A program made the translations under genes and the position numbers. The notes under the pieces are model-generated. The model made no database searches, had not been told where the DNA came from, and was given only the letters and a program-made list of their open reading frames with translations. From Octopus bimaculoides (lineage: Eukaryota): a stretch of DNA of 64,000 bases. Below are positions 25,818-38,902 of this stretch, one piece after another (position 1 is the first letter of the stretch; every line of letters starts with the position of its first letter). The stretch lies in assembly GCF_001194135.2 (NCBI RefSeq), contig NC_069003.1, positions 18,040,848 to 18,104,847 on the forward strand. Direction: 5' to 3'.

Positions 25818-26708
25818 CTAAGTCAATCATTGTGACCAGTGGTGCATAACATCTAATAGTTTGGTCAATACCATGATTATATATATCACAAACACAATTG
25901 CTAAGACATACAAGGAAACTAGCATCTCCACATACAATGACTATATTTAAGTATATATATATAAGAGAAAAGAACACGGGCATAACTAGGTACTCCTTCA
26001 TTCCAATTGTTATACACGTTTCAGTATTCAGTAATACATAAACATGTAACAACTGGAATAAAGGAATACCAAGTTATTATGCCCATATTCTTTTCTCTTT
26101 GTATTACATCATAACCCATCATCAGATATGGACAACTTTTGTGTACAAGTGATGGGGGGGGGGGGAGCGCGATTAACATTAGAGCTGAAACCTATCTAGT
26201 TTAATTGTCATGGATTGAGTGCATTTAATCATATGTATATATGGTTGTGGAGTTTGCTTCCTAACCATGTGCTTTCAGTCACTTCCACTGTAGGGTAACT
26301 TTGGGCAAGTATCTTCTTGGACTGACCCACGTCAGTGAGTGGATTTGATGTACAGAAACTGAAAGAAGACAGTTGCATGTGCACACATGTTTGAGTTTAC
26401 ATCTGCAGTCAATTTGCATGAAAATGTGATGGGAATAGTTGTCACTTCCCTCTTGTCACTGAATCACTCAGCTAGTTTTTGCTTCTCCCATATGGAATAA
26501 GTGATTCCTTAATTAAAAATCAGGTAAGGTATCTGGTTTTAAAACAATGCTTCAGATAATTTGTTTTACTTAATGGAGTACAGACTAAATGAACAGCTAT
26601 GAAGAATTGAACCCCAAACCTTTCAGATACTAGCTGAGTGCTCTAATTCTCCGTAGCTACCTGCTAGCAACACACTCAGTGCTTAGAAAATGTGTGTGTG
26701 TGTGTGTA

Positions 26709-26810
26709 TATGGTTCACTGAATCCTGTCAAACTATCCAAACCCATGGATGATTATGTAATCTCTGAATATTTTGCTAGAAGGAAACTATATGGAAGCTT
26801 GGCATATATA

Positions 26811-26856
<46 letters not shown>

Positions 26857-26948
26857 AAGCTTCCATATAGTTTCCTTCTAGCAAAATATTCAGAGATTAC
26901 ATAATCATCCATGGGTTTGGATAGTTTGACAGGATTCAGTGAACCATA
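26709..26948. repeat. Perfect inverted repeat: 103-bp arms around a 34-nt (GT)n(AT)n loop
   Basis: 26709-26811 is the exact reverse complement of 26846-26948, checked base by base. The two opposite-strand ORFs in the track share an identical peptide. Confidence 0.95.
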
Positions 26949-28288
26949 GGGCTGCATCGTGCTCCATATCAGCTTTGGCATGCTTTCTATGGTTGGATGC
27001 CTTTTTGAATGCTATAGTAGATGACAACCCATGTATGGGAGATTGAACTAGGGACTACATAAACGTGAGGCAAACTTCTCAACTGGTGTCAGTCCTTGGA
27101 CTATAGCACATAATTTGTTGTACTGATTCCATAAAGATCAGCAACAACAGTATTAGGCTGTAAAATACTGCCTCAATAATATATTTATTTGTCTAACCCC
27201 TGCTAGCATGGAAAAACAGACAGAGAACCCAATCAATACACACACATACATTTTTGTAATATTATATGTATGTAATTATAGGATTAGAGTTAAATATCAT
27301 GTATATTTAATTTTATCAGTTACACACTTACTATTATCTAAAATATTAATTTCATATTTCGATAATTCATTTTTTATTAAACCAAGTTAGTTCCTGTAAC
27401 TTTTATCTTTTAATTTAAAGATTTATTCACATCGAATGTGTTTCCTTTCTGCAGCTTCTGCAGTGACACGTGCACCACAGACGCAGACATACATACTAGT
27501 AAGAAAAAAAAAAAAATCACAAAGAGATTTGCTTCAAGTGGTAATTAACGCCAGCTGTAAACATAATGTAAAGAATAAATGACATTATTTAATCTTGGCT
27601 TCTGTAAGGCTCACACCATCAGTGTCAACAACAACAACAACAGTGGGTTATTACTACTGATATAATAATAGTACACACTGGTGTCAGCTACACTGCCACA
27701 CCACTGCTATTACCACAAGACTGCTATTTAGAAATAAGATTATCATGGATTACAGATACTAAACACTAAGTTGTTGACAGTGTGTTGTTTAGCCCCAGGT
27801 CAGGCCTGATCTAAAACAAGGCATATCATTTAAAAGCATCCCAGCTACGACAATCTTAGCATTTTTGATTTGTTTTGTCAGTGTATCTAAGACTACATTT
27901 TGCTAACATATCCTTATTTTATTTTTGTGATGGTTGGGTGTGATAAGGGAGATTTGGTTGCTATTTCTAACAAGTCAAGCAAACACAGTAGAGGTTGCCT
28001 TGTTTAAAACAGTTGTTTATGCCTAAGTCAGCTTCTATCTACAAGACCTATAGATTAAATGTGTTCCTGCCACGACCCTTCTATCTGCATTTTTTCAGGA
28101 TATCTAAGACAATTTTTATGAAGACAACAAGCAATCACCTATTGACATGGTCACTCAACTTGCTAAAAACAATATGACTATCTCATCTTTGGAGATAACA
28201 TTACCTGATGGTAGGTTGTGATGAAGAGGAATTTAGCTGCTATTTCTAGCATTTTGAGGAACTACAATAGAGATGGTTTCGTCTAAAA

Positions 28289-29506
28289 CAGTGCCTGCCA
28301 AACTGTGCCACAAAAAATATTTTCAGGAAGCAATGATCCAAGAACATTTGCAAAATTTGAGCGTAAATATAATTTAGTTACATTACACAACGAAGAGCAG
28401 TTCTGCTACAGCCTTGGAGATCACCATTGGCACAATGATTAGTGATGAAGCTGTCAACCAAATTAAGACCATTCCTTTGCATGCACACCCAATTTCTTTT
28501 AAAATTCAAGACATTGATGATCAGTTCCACAAACATTTCACTGAAGCAAAAAATGAACTCGAAAACTTGTGGGCTTTACAAATCGATGACAGTACAGACA
28601 TCAGCAACAAAGCTCAACTAATTTCATTTCCATGAATCATCAGAGGTGGTAAAATCAAAAGTCAACTTTTCTTTTGTTGTGAATTGAAGGAAAGAATGAC
28701 AGAAGATGTCTTTAACCTGGTAAACCAAAATGTCGTATTGAGAGGGATGCAGTGGTAAACTTGTATTAGTGTTTGCACCGATAGTGCTTCATCCATGCAG
28801 GTTCAACAAAAAGGCTTCATGGGTCATGCATTACAAAAAAATCCACAAGTTAAAATTATATATTGCTTGATTGACTGCGAAGTTTTGATGTCAAAATCTC
28901 TACTTGATGGTCTCCTAAAGATGGACAACATTGTTAAAGTGGTGAATTACATAAAATCACATTCCCTAAGGTGCAGACTTTTTACATCCCTACAGATTCT
29001 GATTTTAAGTGCTATCTCGATTTATCGCTTTGCAAAATGAAATAATACATTTCTTTGATGCTGAATATTCTGGATTTGAATTTCTTAATGATGATAATTG
29101 GTGGCTGGAAGTAGCATTTCTCAATGACCTTTTTGAGAAATCGAATGTTTTAAATTTGAGTCTGTAGACAAATTAAAGTCTTTCACCGACAAGTTAGAAC
29201 TGCGGATAAGGAAAGTTAAAAACTCGCAGCCTGATTGCTTCCCAAGCATAGAGGCTCTTCCAAAGAAATTTAAAATGTTGTCAGAAGTACAGAAGACAGT
29301 AGAAAATCTCTCTGTATTATTTTCTAAGTACTTTCCATCACTTGATTATCAAATGTACGAGTGGGTCATCAATCCTTTCACAAGATACGAAAGTACACAC
29401 CAGCCATTAACATTAACAGAAGAAAATTTAACAGATTTGAAAAACGATCCTGAGCACAAAGCCTCGTTTTCTGAGCTAGAATTGTCAGAGTTTTGGAGCC
29501 AATATA
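28289..29506 (+). mobile_element. hAT (Buster/Charlie-like) transposon fossil
   Basis: Left TIR-like CAGTGCCTGCCAAACTGTG follows gtcTAaaa (nnnTAnnn). Broken transposase motifs: WALQIDDSTDISNKAQL, CTDSASSM, IVKVVNYIKSHSL..RLF, WWLEVAFLNDLFEK, YEWVINPF. It has stops and frameshifts and no right TIR was found. Confidence 0.88.
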
Positions 29507-31093
29507 CAACAGTTGGAATTCAACATAGGACTGAAACAAAAGAATAATTGCATTACAGAATTAATTCTCATTCATCCTTAACCTCTGATCAAACACCACC
29601 AGGGCATATGGTCATTATAGACGTATTATAGTCATGCTATTTAGCTCCCTTTAATTTTGGGCTACGGGAGCTAGCTTAAAAGTCCGTACAGAGTGCGGCT
29701 TGTTTAAATGAATATAAATATATATAAGCTATGTAAATGTCTGTGTATACATATACATTCATTGTCAAATCATGGAGGGTACACATTTGGGTGGGTGGGA
29801 ATCTCAGTAGGGCATGGTATAATAGGCTGCAAGAAACAGACAAGGTGTTTTCACCAGTCAAATAATACAAACTAGATTATTTTATATCCATTTTATGGGT
29901 GGGCAGGGTTCTTTAGTTGTATTATTAATGTTTTTCACAGTTTAGTTAACTGCTGAAACATAGAGTGGGGTTTGGACCAAGTAGAATTACTAGTCTTGCT
30001 TTACAGAGAAGTTACTGCTATGTGGTCAATAATTGGACTTCTGAATAAGATATAGTGTTGAAGCTCTGAGCAGTACTCAGAATAGACATGGCACATGACT
30101 TAAAGGTAAGATTTCTTGTATCAGTCGCTGTATCACTGGTTAAATGTCAAAGGTCATTTTTTACTTGTTTCAGTCATTAAACTATGGTGATGCTGAGTCA
30201 CCACTTTTTTCTATTTATTTCTTTTCATTGAACTGCTAGGTTACAGAGAAATAAACAAACCAACACCGGTTGTCAAGCTTCTTTCAGTTTTCATCTACCA
30301 AACCCACTAACAAGGATTTGGTAGGCCAGAGACGTATTATAGTAGAAGACACTTGTCCAAGGTGCTGTGCAATGGGAATCATGTGGTTGGGAAGAAAACT
30401 TATCACACAGTCATAGCAGTAAGCACACAGTAAGCAAACAGGAAGACATCAATAATACATTGTAAAGCCAGATTGTATTGTACCATTGGTTGTACTAGAT
30501 TCATTTTAAATAATAAATAATGTCCAGCACAGCAGTTTTATGACCCAGACACACCTGTTGTTGGTCTATATTTATTGCCAACACCCAAATTCTCAAAATG
30601 TAGTACAGTCATTCCGTAACAGTTTTTTAAAAAAATTATCAAACTATTACATCTAGAGCACAGCAGTGTGCACATGTGTGAAATGATTGGCCATTTTTTA
30701 AATGTGCAACGCAATGACATAACCGTCATTTTGGTTTTATGTGGGTGGATCATACTAGCAGAGACTTAAAACTATAAAATACTTGATTATCAGGACTGTT
30801 TTACTTACAACTCAAAAATACTATCAAACCTGCTTGAAATAGCAGCCAAATCTCCTTCAATTCACATCCTATTAGCTGTTAACAATACAATTTTACAAGT
30901 GTGTATTCTTTTAGGTAGGGAAATTCTGACATTTTTATGTATTAATCTGATGTTATGATTAAAAATGACCTTAATAGTGAATTGTAGGGGAAATAGATTT
31001 AAACAAGGTCTTTGTTCAGACAAAATATCTTACAATTGGTGATTTAGCACCAGCAAACCTTTCAAAGAGTTATATTTTTTATGAATTGTTTGA

Positions 31094-31239
31094 CCCTTTT
31101 GATACCAACCTGCCTGAGATTGCCTCTGGTTTTATGTATTTAAGTTCCAGACACCAGCTTAATAATAATAAAATTATTTTACTAAATTTGATAATGATGA
31201 AAAGCAGTATATTTCTACAAAAATGTGGTAATGAAAGGG
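31094..31239. mobile_element. piggyBac-like MITE (family B)
   Basis: TTGA-CCCTTTTGATACCA ... TGGTAATGAAAGGG-TTAA. Confidence 0.65.
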
Positions 31240-34200
31240 TTAATTCCTTATGAAATTGTCATAAAAGACAACATAAAAAAATAGACCAATTCAAAAAGTG
31301 AGAAAAGAAACCCTTGCAGCAAACTTATTCCTTGTATTTTAAAAGATTTTCTCTTTACTATTTGCTGATGCAAACTGTTACTATATTCTTCAGATTCTTT
31401 TGTTTCAATGTAAATAAAAGTCTAGATAGGAATCCTTGCAATTTAGTCTCATCATATTTGCATATTTTCATCTCCATCACAGTTCAATGGCTTCTGTAGC
31501 TTATTGTTCAATTGGTGCAGGACTGTTTAAACAGATTCAGGTTGGGTACAATCATTGTTTCAGAAGGTAAGATAAAGGAACAGAAGCCATTTAGTCATTA
31601 CACTCCATCCCTCAGTACCAACTACCACCTGGACCCTGAGGGCCTTCAGGTAAGTTGCTGCAAATACTTCAGCCAGGTCGCCAGATAACTAAACTCACCT
31701 CACAACCATTGGAGACTTTGGAAAAGCCAAGGGCAGAACTCTTTCACTTTCTAAGAAAAGAAAAAGTAAATATTTTGGCTAGACTAAGAACCTGTGAGAA
31801 TTAAGATAAATAACCTCCAATACAACATCAACAAATATCTTCATAGCACAAGACAAAGTAATTTTATTAAATAAGAGCAAAACAGTATTATATTTAATGT
31901 AGCAAGTATCAAAAAGTTAATTAGAAATTAATACGCTGTGCATCAATGACTTCTATTTTAATTATTTCAGCAAATATGGGAAACAACTTTGGACAGATCT
32001 TGATCTAACTGGAACTCAAAAGATCTTAGACTTCACCATACTTGGTAGATATTAGGACATCCCAATATATCTGTGAACCCAAATGTCACAGCACAACATT
32101 GTACTTGCTCTTATGAAAAAGAATAAAGATAAACTCAATCATAATTCTATGACTCAAATTCAGTGAATGTATACATTTTTATAGAGGGGAGGCCCTCACA
32201 ACAAAAATTACAGTAACTTTTCAGAGATTAACAAGAAAACTATACACACTACAAACAGTTTTTTTTTTCATCTCTTTTATATTACTATGACCTGGACAAT
32301 GTTTTCATATTGAGAAGCTGTCTACACGGAAAAACCAGTGAAGCAAATGTGCCTACTGAACAATTTGTCCATTTGTTTCATGGTTCACTTGGCAGATTCT
32401 AGAGGTAATGATAATACAATAGGCAGTAAAATGGTTAAACACCAGAGCTGATGACTCACCATGGTCTATACATAACCACCATGGTCTGCTACATACAAAA
32501 GGAACATTTAGGGCTTACTTGCTGTATGTTTGTTGAGAATACACATGCACACAAATACAGCTGAATATTTGGGATTACCTTTATGTTTCTGCTTCCTTGC
32601 TCCATGTATAATTTTTTGATATATCAAGGAGACATTGAATAATAATAATTTTTACTACTGTAAGCACAGGGCCTGACATTTTGGGGGAAGGGGCTAGTCG
32701 ATTATATTGAAACTAGAGCTAATAATAATGTAAGGAGACTGTAATAAGTACCAGGTGGAAAGATGGTTAAAAGAAAAACAGAAAAGCTATGACTTGCATA
32801 GGCGCATTCAGGTCTTGCTGACATATTCAGTCAGCTTAGTTTGTGGTGTGTGATGGTGGTGAAACAGATTTTATAATTATTGCTGATGGGTGGGGGAGGA
32901 AAAGCAGAGACTACAGAAAATGCAAAATGAAATGCATACAACATACTTTGACTAATGTAGAAAACAACCCACCAGCAATAAGAATGTTTTACTTTTGACA
33001 AGATCATAAAGATTGTCACACCTAATTTGACCCATCCAACCCATACCAACAAGGAAAAGTGGGCCAAAGAAAAAAAAAAAGTTTATATTTTGCCTGGTAC
33101 CATCTACAATTCCAAATATGGGGAAATACTGAAATTTGAAACTGTGACATTGATACTGCACAAGGATATTTTTCATTATTGTGAGTAACTATATTAGCTA
33201 AATATAACTGCTAAAGTGAAGAAAGCGTAAGAACTAGAGGCTAATTAGTTAATAATCAAATAGAACATAAGTGACATTTTCAGGATTTGTTAAAAACTGC
33301 CAAGTCCTGAGACTAACATGCCAATGGAGGTGATTTTAGATCATCTCTCAATCTGCAAGAAATATAAACTTATCATCATCACCATTGTTTAACCCTTTAG
33401 CATTTAATCCACCCTCATACAGCCCAAATATTCTACCTGTTTTATGTTAAAACTGACCAGATCAAGCCTTTCACACCTACCCAGAATGTCACTCTAAAAA
33501 TATACAATCACATCATTGAAATCTAAAAGCTACATGATTAAGTTTTTGTATCACCGAACCAGATGGCAGTCTCAGGCAGTTTGGTATCAAAAGGGTTACA
33601 TGCAATTTTCTGCCTTGAAAATCATTTAAAAAAAAAAAATTAACACCAATATTTGTCTCCTGTTTAAAAAAGAAAAAAAGGGTTCAGCTCTAAATAGGTT
33701 AGGACCAGCATTTAGACTAAGAACTGAATAGTTGCTTGTACAAACAAATATTTATCTAGCAAGGATACAAATACAGCCTCCTATTCTGGTACACCAGTGC
33801 ACTAACAAGTTTTCTTCATTACCAATTACTGGCTATTATCTCTTTCCTCATTTTTCTTTTTTTGGTTCATAAATCATAAGTGTAGGCATGGTTGTGTGTT
33901 AAGAAGTTTGCTTCCCAACCACATGGCTTTGGGTTCAGTCCCATGAATGACTTTCATCTAACCTTCATCACTTGAACTCCATGTTTCATACTGGTATGAG
34001 CTGGACAGTTTGACAGGATTCAATAAATAGGTCCACTGACTTCAAGCTCCATCATCTGCTTTGGCATGGTTTCTCCAGATGAATGTTCTTCCTAACATCA
34101 ACCACTTTTACAGCACTCTGCACACTTTATTCATGACACCAGCACTTGTAAGATCATTGGGTGGGACTTCAACAGAAAGGAAGATGACTTTATACTAGGA

Positions 34201-34594
34201 AATAAGATGATAAAGTATGAAAGATGATGATGATGGAAATAAAATTGATAGATAATCCCAAGTTTGGTTTTACTATTACATGAAATCCAGAGTTAAGTGG
34301 TTCCTTTATGTTTCTCTTAAATCCACTTTAAAATACCGGGATATAAATTTCAAAAGTGGCTCAAGTACTCAGTGTCATAATTGTTTCAAGCCCACATGAC
34401 ATCTGACAATTTCCATATAAAAATACAAAGCCATCTCTGTTCAGCGCCCACGAAAGTATTGATAGCATATATAACACTATGTCACTGATTTTCTAGGAAC
34501 TTATATGCTTTAGCTTTCAATATGTTGACCTAGTTATTTCAGGCAGAACTTCAAGTGCTCTGCTGAAATGAGTTAACAGATGAATGCTTTAAAC

Positions 34595-35455
34595 CAGGCC
34601 TGGTTAACTCTAATTACATTGCGGGCCACTTTAATCACAGAAAGTTTTGTGAGGGCCGCTTGTATACTAACAAAATTGAAAGCATTTTGCTTTCTCATCA
34701 ACATCGTTTAACGTCTGCTTTTCATGCTAGCATGGGTTGGACGATTTGACTGAGGACTGGTGAACCAGATGGCTACACCAGGCTCCAATCTGATTTGGCA
34801 GAGTTTCTACAGCTGGATGCCCTTCCTAACGCCAACCACTCCAAGAGTGTAGTGGGTGCTTTTACGTGCCACTGGCACGAAGGCCAGTCAGGTGGTACTG
34901 GTAATGGCCATGCTCAAAATGGTGTATTTTACATGCTACCTGCACAAGAGCCAGTCCGGCTGCACTGGCAACGCTGGGCACAGGTGCCATCACGATTTCG
35001 CTTTTGCTTGCCACAACAGGTCTTCGCAAGCCGAGTTTTGTGTCCAATGAAGGAGACGACATTGGCATGGGTGCCAGTCGTCAAATTTAGTTTGATTACG
35101 ATTTCACTTGCCTGAACAGGTCTTCGCAAGCGGAGTTTAGTGTCCAATGAAGGAAGGTATGCATAAGTGGGCTAGCTACACCCCTGGCATAGGCCTTGGA
35201 TTTAGGTCTCACTTGGCTTGCCGGGTCTTCTCACGCACAGCATATTTCATGCTCTTATTACAATAATGAATGAATGATTACTGATTCAACACTAAATATT
35301 TTGTTGCAAAAGCAGTATCTTTCTTTTTTATTTTTCATTACAATCTTTAATTTTTGATAAAAGCTTTTAAATGTTTATTTAAATAAACCCATTTCTAGAA
35401 GGTATTGAACATGCCGCAAGATAAAAGTCTGTGGGCCTCAGGTTGGGCAGCCCTT
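34595..35455. mobile_element. hAT (Buster-type) MITE carrying a nested RTE insertion
   Basis: Identical 8-bp TSD CTTTAAAC at 34587-34594 and 35456-35463. Imperfect TIRs CAGGCCTGGTTAAC and GGTTGGGCAGCCCTT. Confidence 0.8.
34696..35248 (-). mobile_element. 5'-truncated RTE LINE 3' end
   Basis: On the minus strand: ORF end KYAVREKTRQAK*, about 500 nt of 3' UTR, and tail GCATGAAAAGCAGACGTTAAACGATGTTGATG. Nearly identical to 50885-51598. Confidence 0.8.
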
Positions 35456-36786
35456 CTTTAAACCAGCTGGTCAAATAAACTTGAACTCATAATTCCAGTA
35501 TTTTTAAAACCATTCCACTTCCTTCTTTGCTGTTAATCCAGCAGAACATCTAGGCTGTGAGTTGGGGTGGGGGGAGAGAGAGAGAGAGAGAAAGACAAGG
35601 ACTGCATTGACACTTGGCTGCTATTCATTTTCTCGCCGAATAGACTTCAGTGAAGTGGCATGAGGGAAGTGCCTTGCTCAAGGACACAGTGCACTATGCA
35701 ATCTAGGAGTCAAATTCAAGATGGAAACATTAACTGATGTAGTCCTAGATACATTACATTCAACTCAATACCAAAGTATGAAGATCATGCAGTACATTAT
35801 GGAATATAACAATATAATAGTACAGTTTTAAATTCTTATGATGTCATCATCATCATCATATCAATGTATACTTTTCTATGCTCGGATGGATCCAAAGGAA
35901 TTCATTGAAGCAAATTTTCTAATCGGATGTCCTTCCTGTTGCGAACCCTCACCTGTTTCTAATATTTTCCCCTTGACTGAATATATTTTCACAGAAGAGT
36001 GGTAACATAGGTTACAGTTTGTATGATAGTGACACCCACTTACATCACAATGTAAGGACATGGAGGCACACATATGATGGGCTTCTTTCAGTTACTGTCT
36101 ACTGGATCCAAGCACAAGGCCTGTCAGTTTGATGCTATAGTAGAAGATACTTATCCAAAGTGCCAGGCAGTGGGACTGAAACTGAAACCATGTGATTGGG
36201 AAGTGAACTTACTTAACTACACAACCACGCCCACTTGTACAGTGAGCACTTCTACAGACATTCCAATAATGAGCTTGGGAATATTAGAAATACAGAGTTT
36301 CAAGTGCAAACAAAACGGAAAGAAGTATTTGGCCTAGAAACATAATCCCAGGCAAGTTTAGCAAGATATTCCACCACCACAAAACTGGTTTCCATAATTC
36401 ATGGCATCAACATCTTCAGAACCTAACTAGTTGCCATTAATAGGGAGGGAAAAAAAAAAGCCCCAAAATATTGATTCCTTCATGTTTCAAGTTTTACTGA
36501 AATTACTCCCACCACCATACTATACTTATTTCATGGATCCCAACAGGGATGATGTGGATCTAAATCATAGAGGACTGAAACTAAATACAAACAAACGTTC
36601 AATTTGGAACCTGCACTGCCACACCAATCAGTAGGAATGCTCCAATGACACAGCAAGAACTAAAGTGAGATGGAAATTCATTCACACCCTCTGAGTTTTG
36701 AACCATCACTCAGATTTTCAAAACTCAGGAGCACAACTTACCATGCCACCATAAAAGGCATTAATGCCATTGCGAATATGTTTCAA

Positions 36787-36960
36787 CCAATCAGCATTGG
36801 CTGACTCGTTATGGTTGATGCAGGAAGTATGCAAATTTTGTCAAATAGCTTGACCAATGGTTCTGGAAACTTTTGCTTAGTATAAAAAGCTTAAGAATTC
36901 GACTTCTGACAAGAGCCACTTTGCAGACCACACAAAGCCATGTCACATGGCTCAGTGAGT
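36787..36960 (+). promoter_or_regulatory. Candidate antisense promoter plus short first exon inside lamin intron 1
   Basis: CCAAT (36787), ATTGG (36796), CAGGAAGT (36821), octamer ATGCAAAT (36829), CCAAT (36854), TTCtgGAAacTTT (36861), TATAAAAAG (36881), then gccATG TCA CAT GGC TCA|GTGAGT (36940-36960). Confidence 0.4.
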
Positions 36961-38053
36961 CTGTCTCACCTTCTTTTACTTTTTCTCATTTAACATGTTT
37001 ATTTCGTATTCGTCAAAAGGCAACAACCTAAAATTGCAATGTTGAATCATACACATAAACTTACAAGCAGTTTATTTTGTCGCCAGCAATTAAGAACTAC
37101 TTTCATAACCCTTTCCCATCATGTTCGCTATCACATGTTCCATTAAATTAAATATATGTACACATGTAAATATAAACAAAGCAGAATAATAGTATATATA
37201 AACTCATTAGTGTTGTCATTCTTGTTTTCACATGCATCCTACCTCATATTGCGAAGCCATGAATGAATGAATTAAAACCCACTCTAAAATATCGATCCTT
37301 TATCTTTTATTTGTTTGTCATTAGACTGCAGCCATGCTAAGACACTACCTTGGATGGTGTAGTCAACAAATTTAAGTTTGGTACTTTATCGGTCAACTCA
37401 CGGGCACTTAAGCTAATGCCAATTGACGGTCTTCAAAGAGTTTCCATCAACCAAATTTACTAACATGCCATTGGTCAGTTAAGAGCTGCAGATGACATGC
37501 ACAAGATTCCGCGCAATAGGACTCAACTCGAAACCATGTGGTTGTAAAACAAGCTTCTTAAACCACACAGCCATGCTTAGCGTCACTGAAATATTCTAGT
37601 CTTTATCTAGAATTAGACAGAGCAGGCACATTGGCAGAAAGGTGCATTTAATTCCCTGGGGAAACTATGTCGAAATTTCAAAATCTTGTGGAGGATGTTG
37701 AAATCTCAGCACCGCTATCCTACACACGCCAAACTGCAACTTATAAGAAACCAAAAACTGGAAGAAGCCTATCACAATAATCACAGAATAACTTTTATCT
37801 ATAGAGAATAATCTTGATACAAAACAGATGTAATTTGGCTGTCACTAAAACTTTTCTATCTTCAATAGCTCTCGCCCCCTAAAGCCTCTTCACACACTCA
37901 GTAAGTGTTCTTCCGATAACACTAATTATTGAAACAGTTAAGATACACAAAAATCACCTCCTGCCCATCTTTAAAGAAACTGAAAGGTAAACGAGAAAAT
38001 TACACCTAGATAGAAGTAAACGGTTAAAAAAGTCATAATATAATAAGTGTGTA

Positions 38054-38087
<34 letters not shown>

Positions 38088-38609
38088 ATTGCAAATTCTT
38101 GACATAGTTTCACGACTATTGTTGGGTGAGAGTGGATTGACGAGTGAAACCAGTTTGGGGTTGAGGACAGAGGGAGGGGCGTGGTGAAAGAACGGTGAGT
38201 CAGAGCAGGAGCAGGAGGGGAAGACAGTTAAAAGGAAAACGTTGGAGAAAGAAGAATGGAGAGAAAAAGAAAACAGTATACTACCCCGCCCCCACTAAAA
38301 CACCCACGCAATGTCCGTCAACAAGAAATTTACAAGTTTGAGAATAAAATTAATAAAGGCAAAGAATTGTTCTACTGTGCCCGGTACCATGCCACCACCA
38401 CATCTCTCAACCATGTGTGCGTATATGTGGCCGCTGAGACTAACGATGGCGATGGTGTCAGCCGAGAATTATCTTGCTCCAGTTACAATAACTATACCAG
38501 AAGTTTTGGAGGGAAAAAATATGACTGACAAACCGACCAGAGATAAATCGCCAAATAACTATTCTCCCCATCCTATATCACACGTGTGTGCATGCGTATG
38601 TGTATATAC

Positions 38610-38648
<39 letters not shown>

Positions 38649-38733
38649 TAGAGAGTGCTTCTTTTGGATTTATGTTTTTTTACAAACTATATATATATAT
38701 AAAACTACTGCCATCTAATAAAAAGGTTACACT

Positions 38734-38902
38734 CAGGGTCGGCTCAAAGTACAGGCTACTCGAGCAGTCGTCCGGGGCGGCGAGTGCATTTTAGTCTACA
38801 TTTTCAGTTTTTCTCCTTATCATATAGTTTCAAAAAATTATACTTATAAGGGCGCCGAAGTTCAGCTTGCCCGGGGCGCCAGCAACCCTAGGGACGGCCG
38901 TG
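38734..38902. mobile_element. 169-bp hAT MITE
   Basis: Perfect 8-bp TSD GTTACACT (38726-38733 and 38903-38910). TIRs CAGGGTCGGCTC and GGGACGGCCGTG, GC/CpG-rich. Confidence 0.85.

Noticed and set aside
30006-31700. Several strong-looking splice sites in lamin intron 1 (plus-strand 30006-30105, donors near 31566 and 31650, a minus-strand 17-nt micro-exon near 31700)
   Set aside because: All frames are closed or frame-shifting, and such sites are expected by chance in a 21-kb intron.
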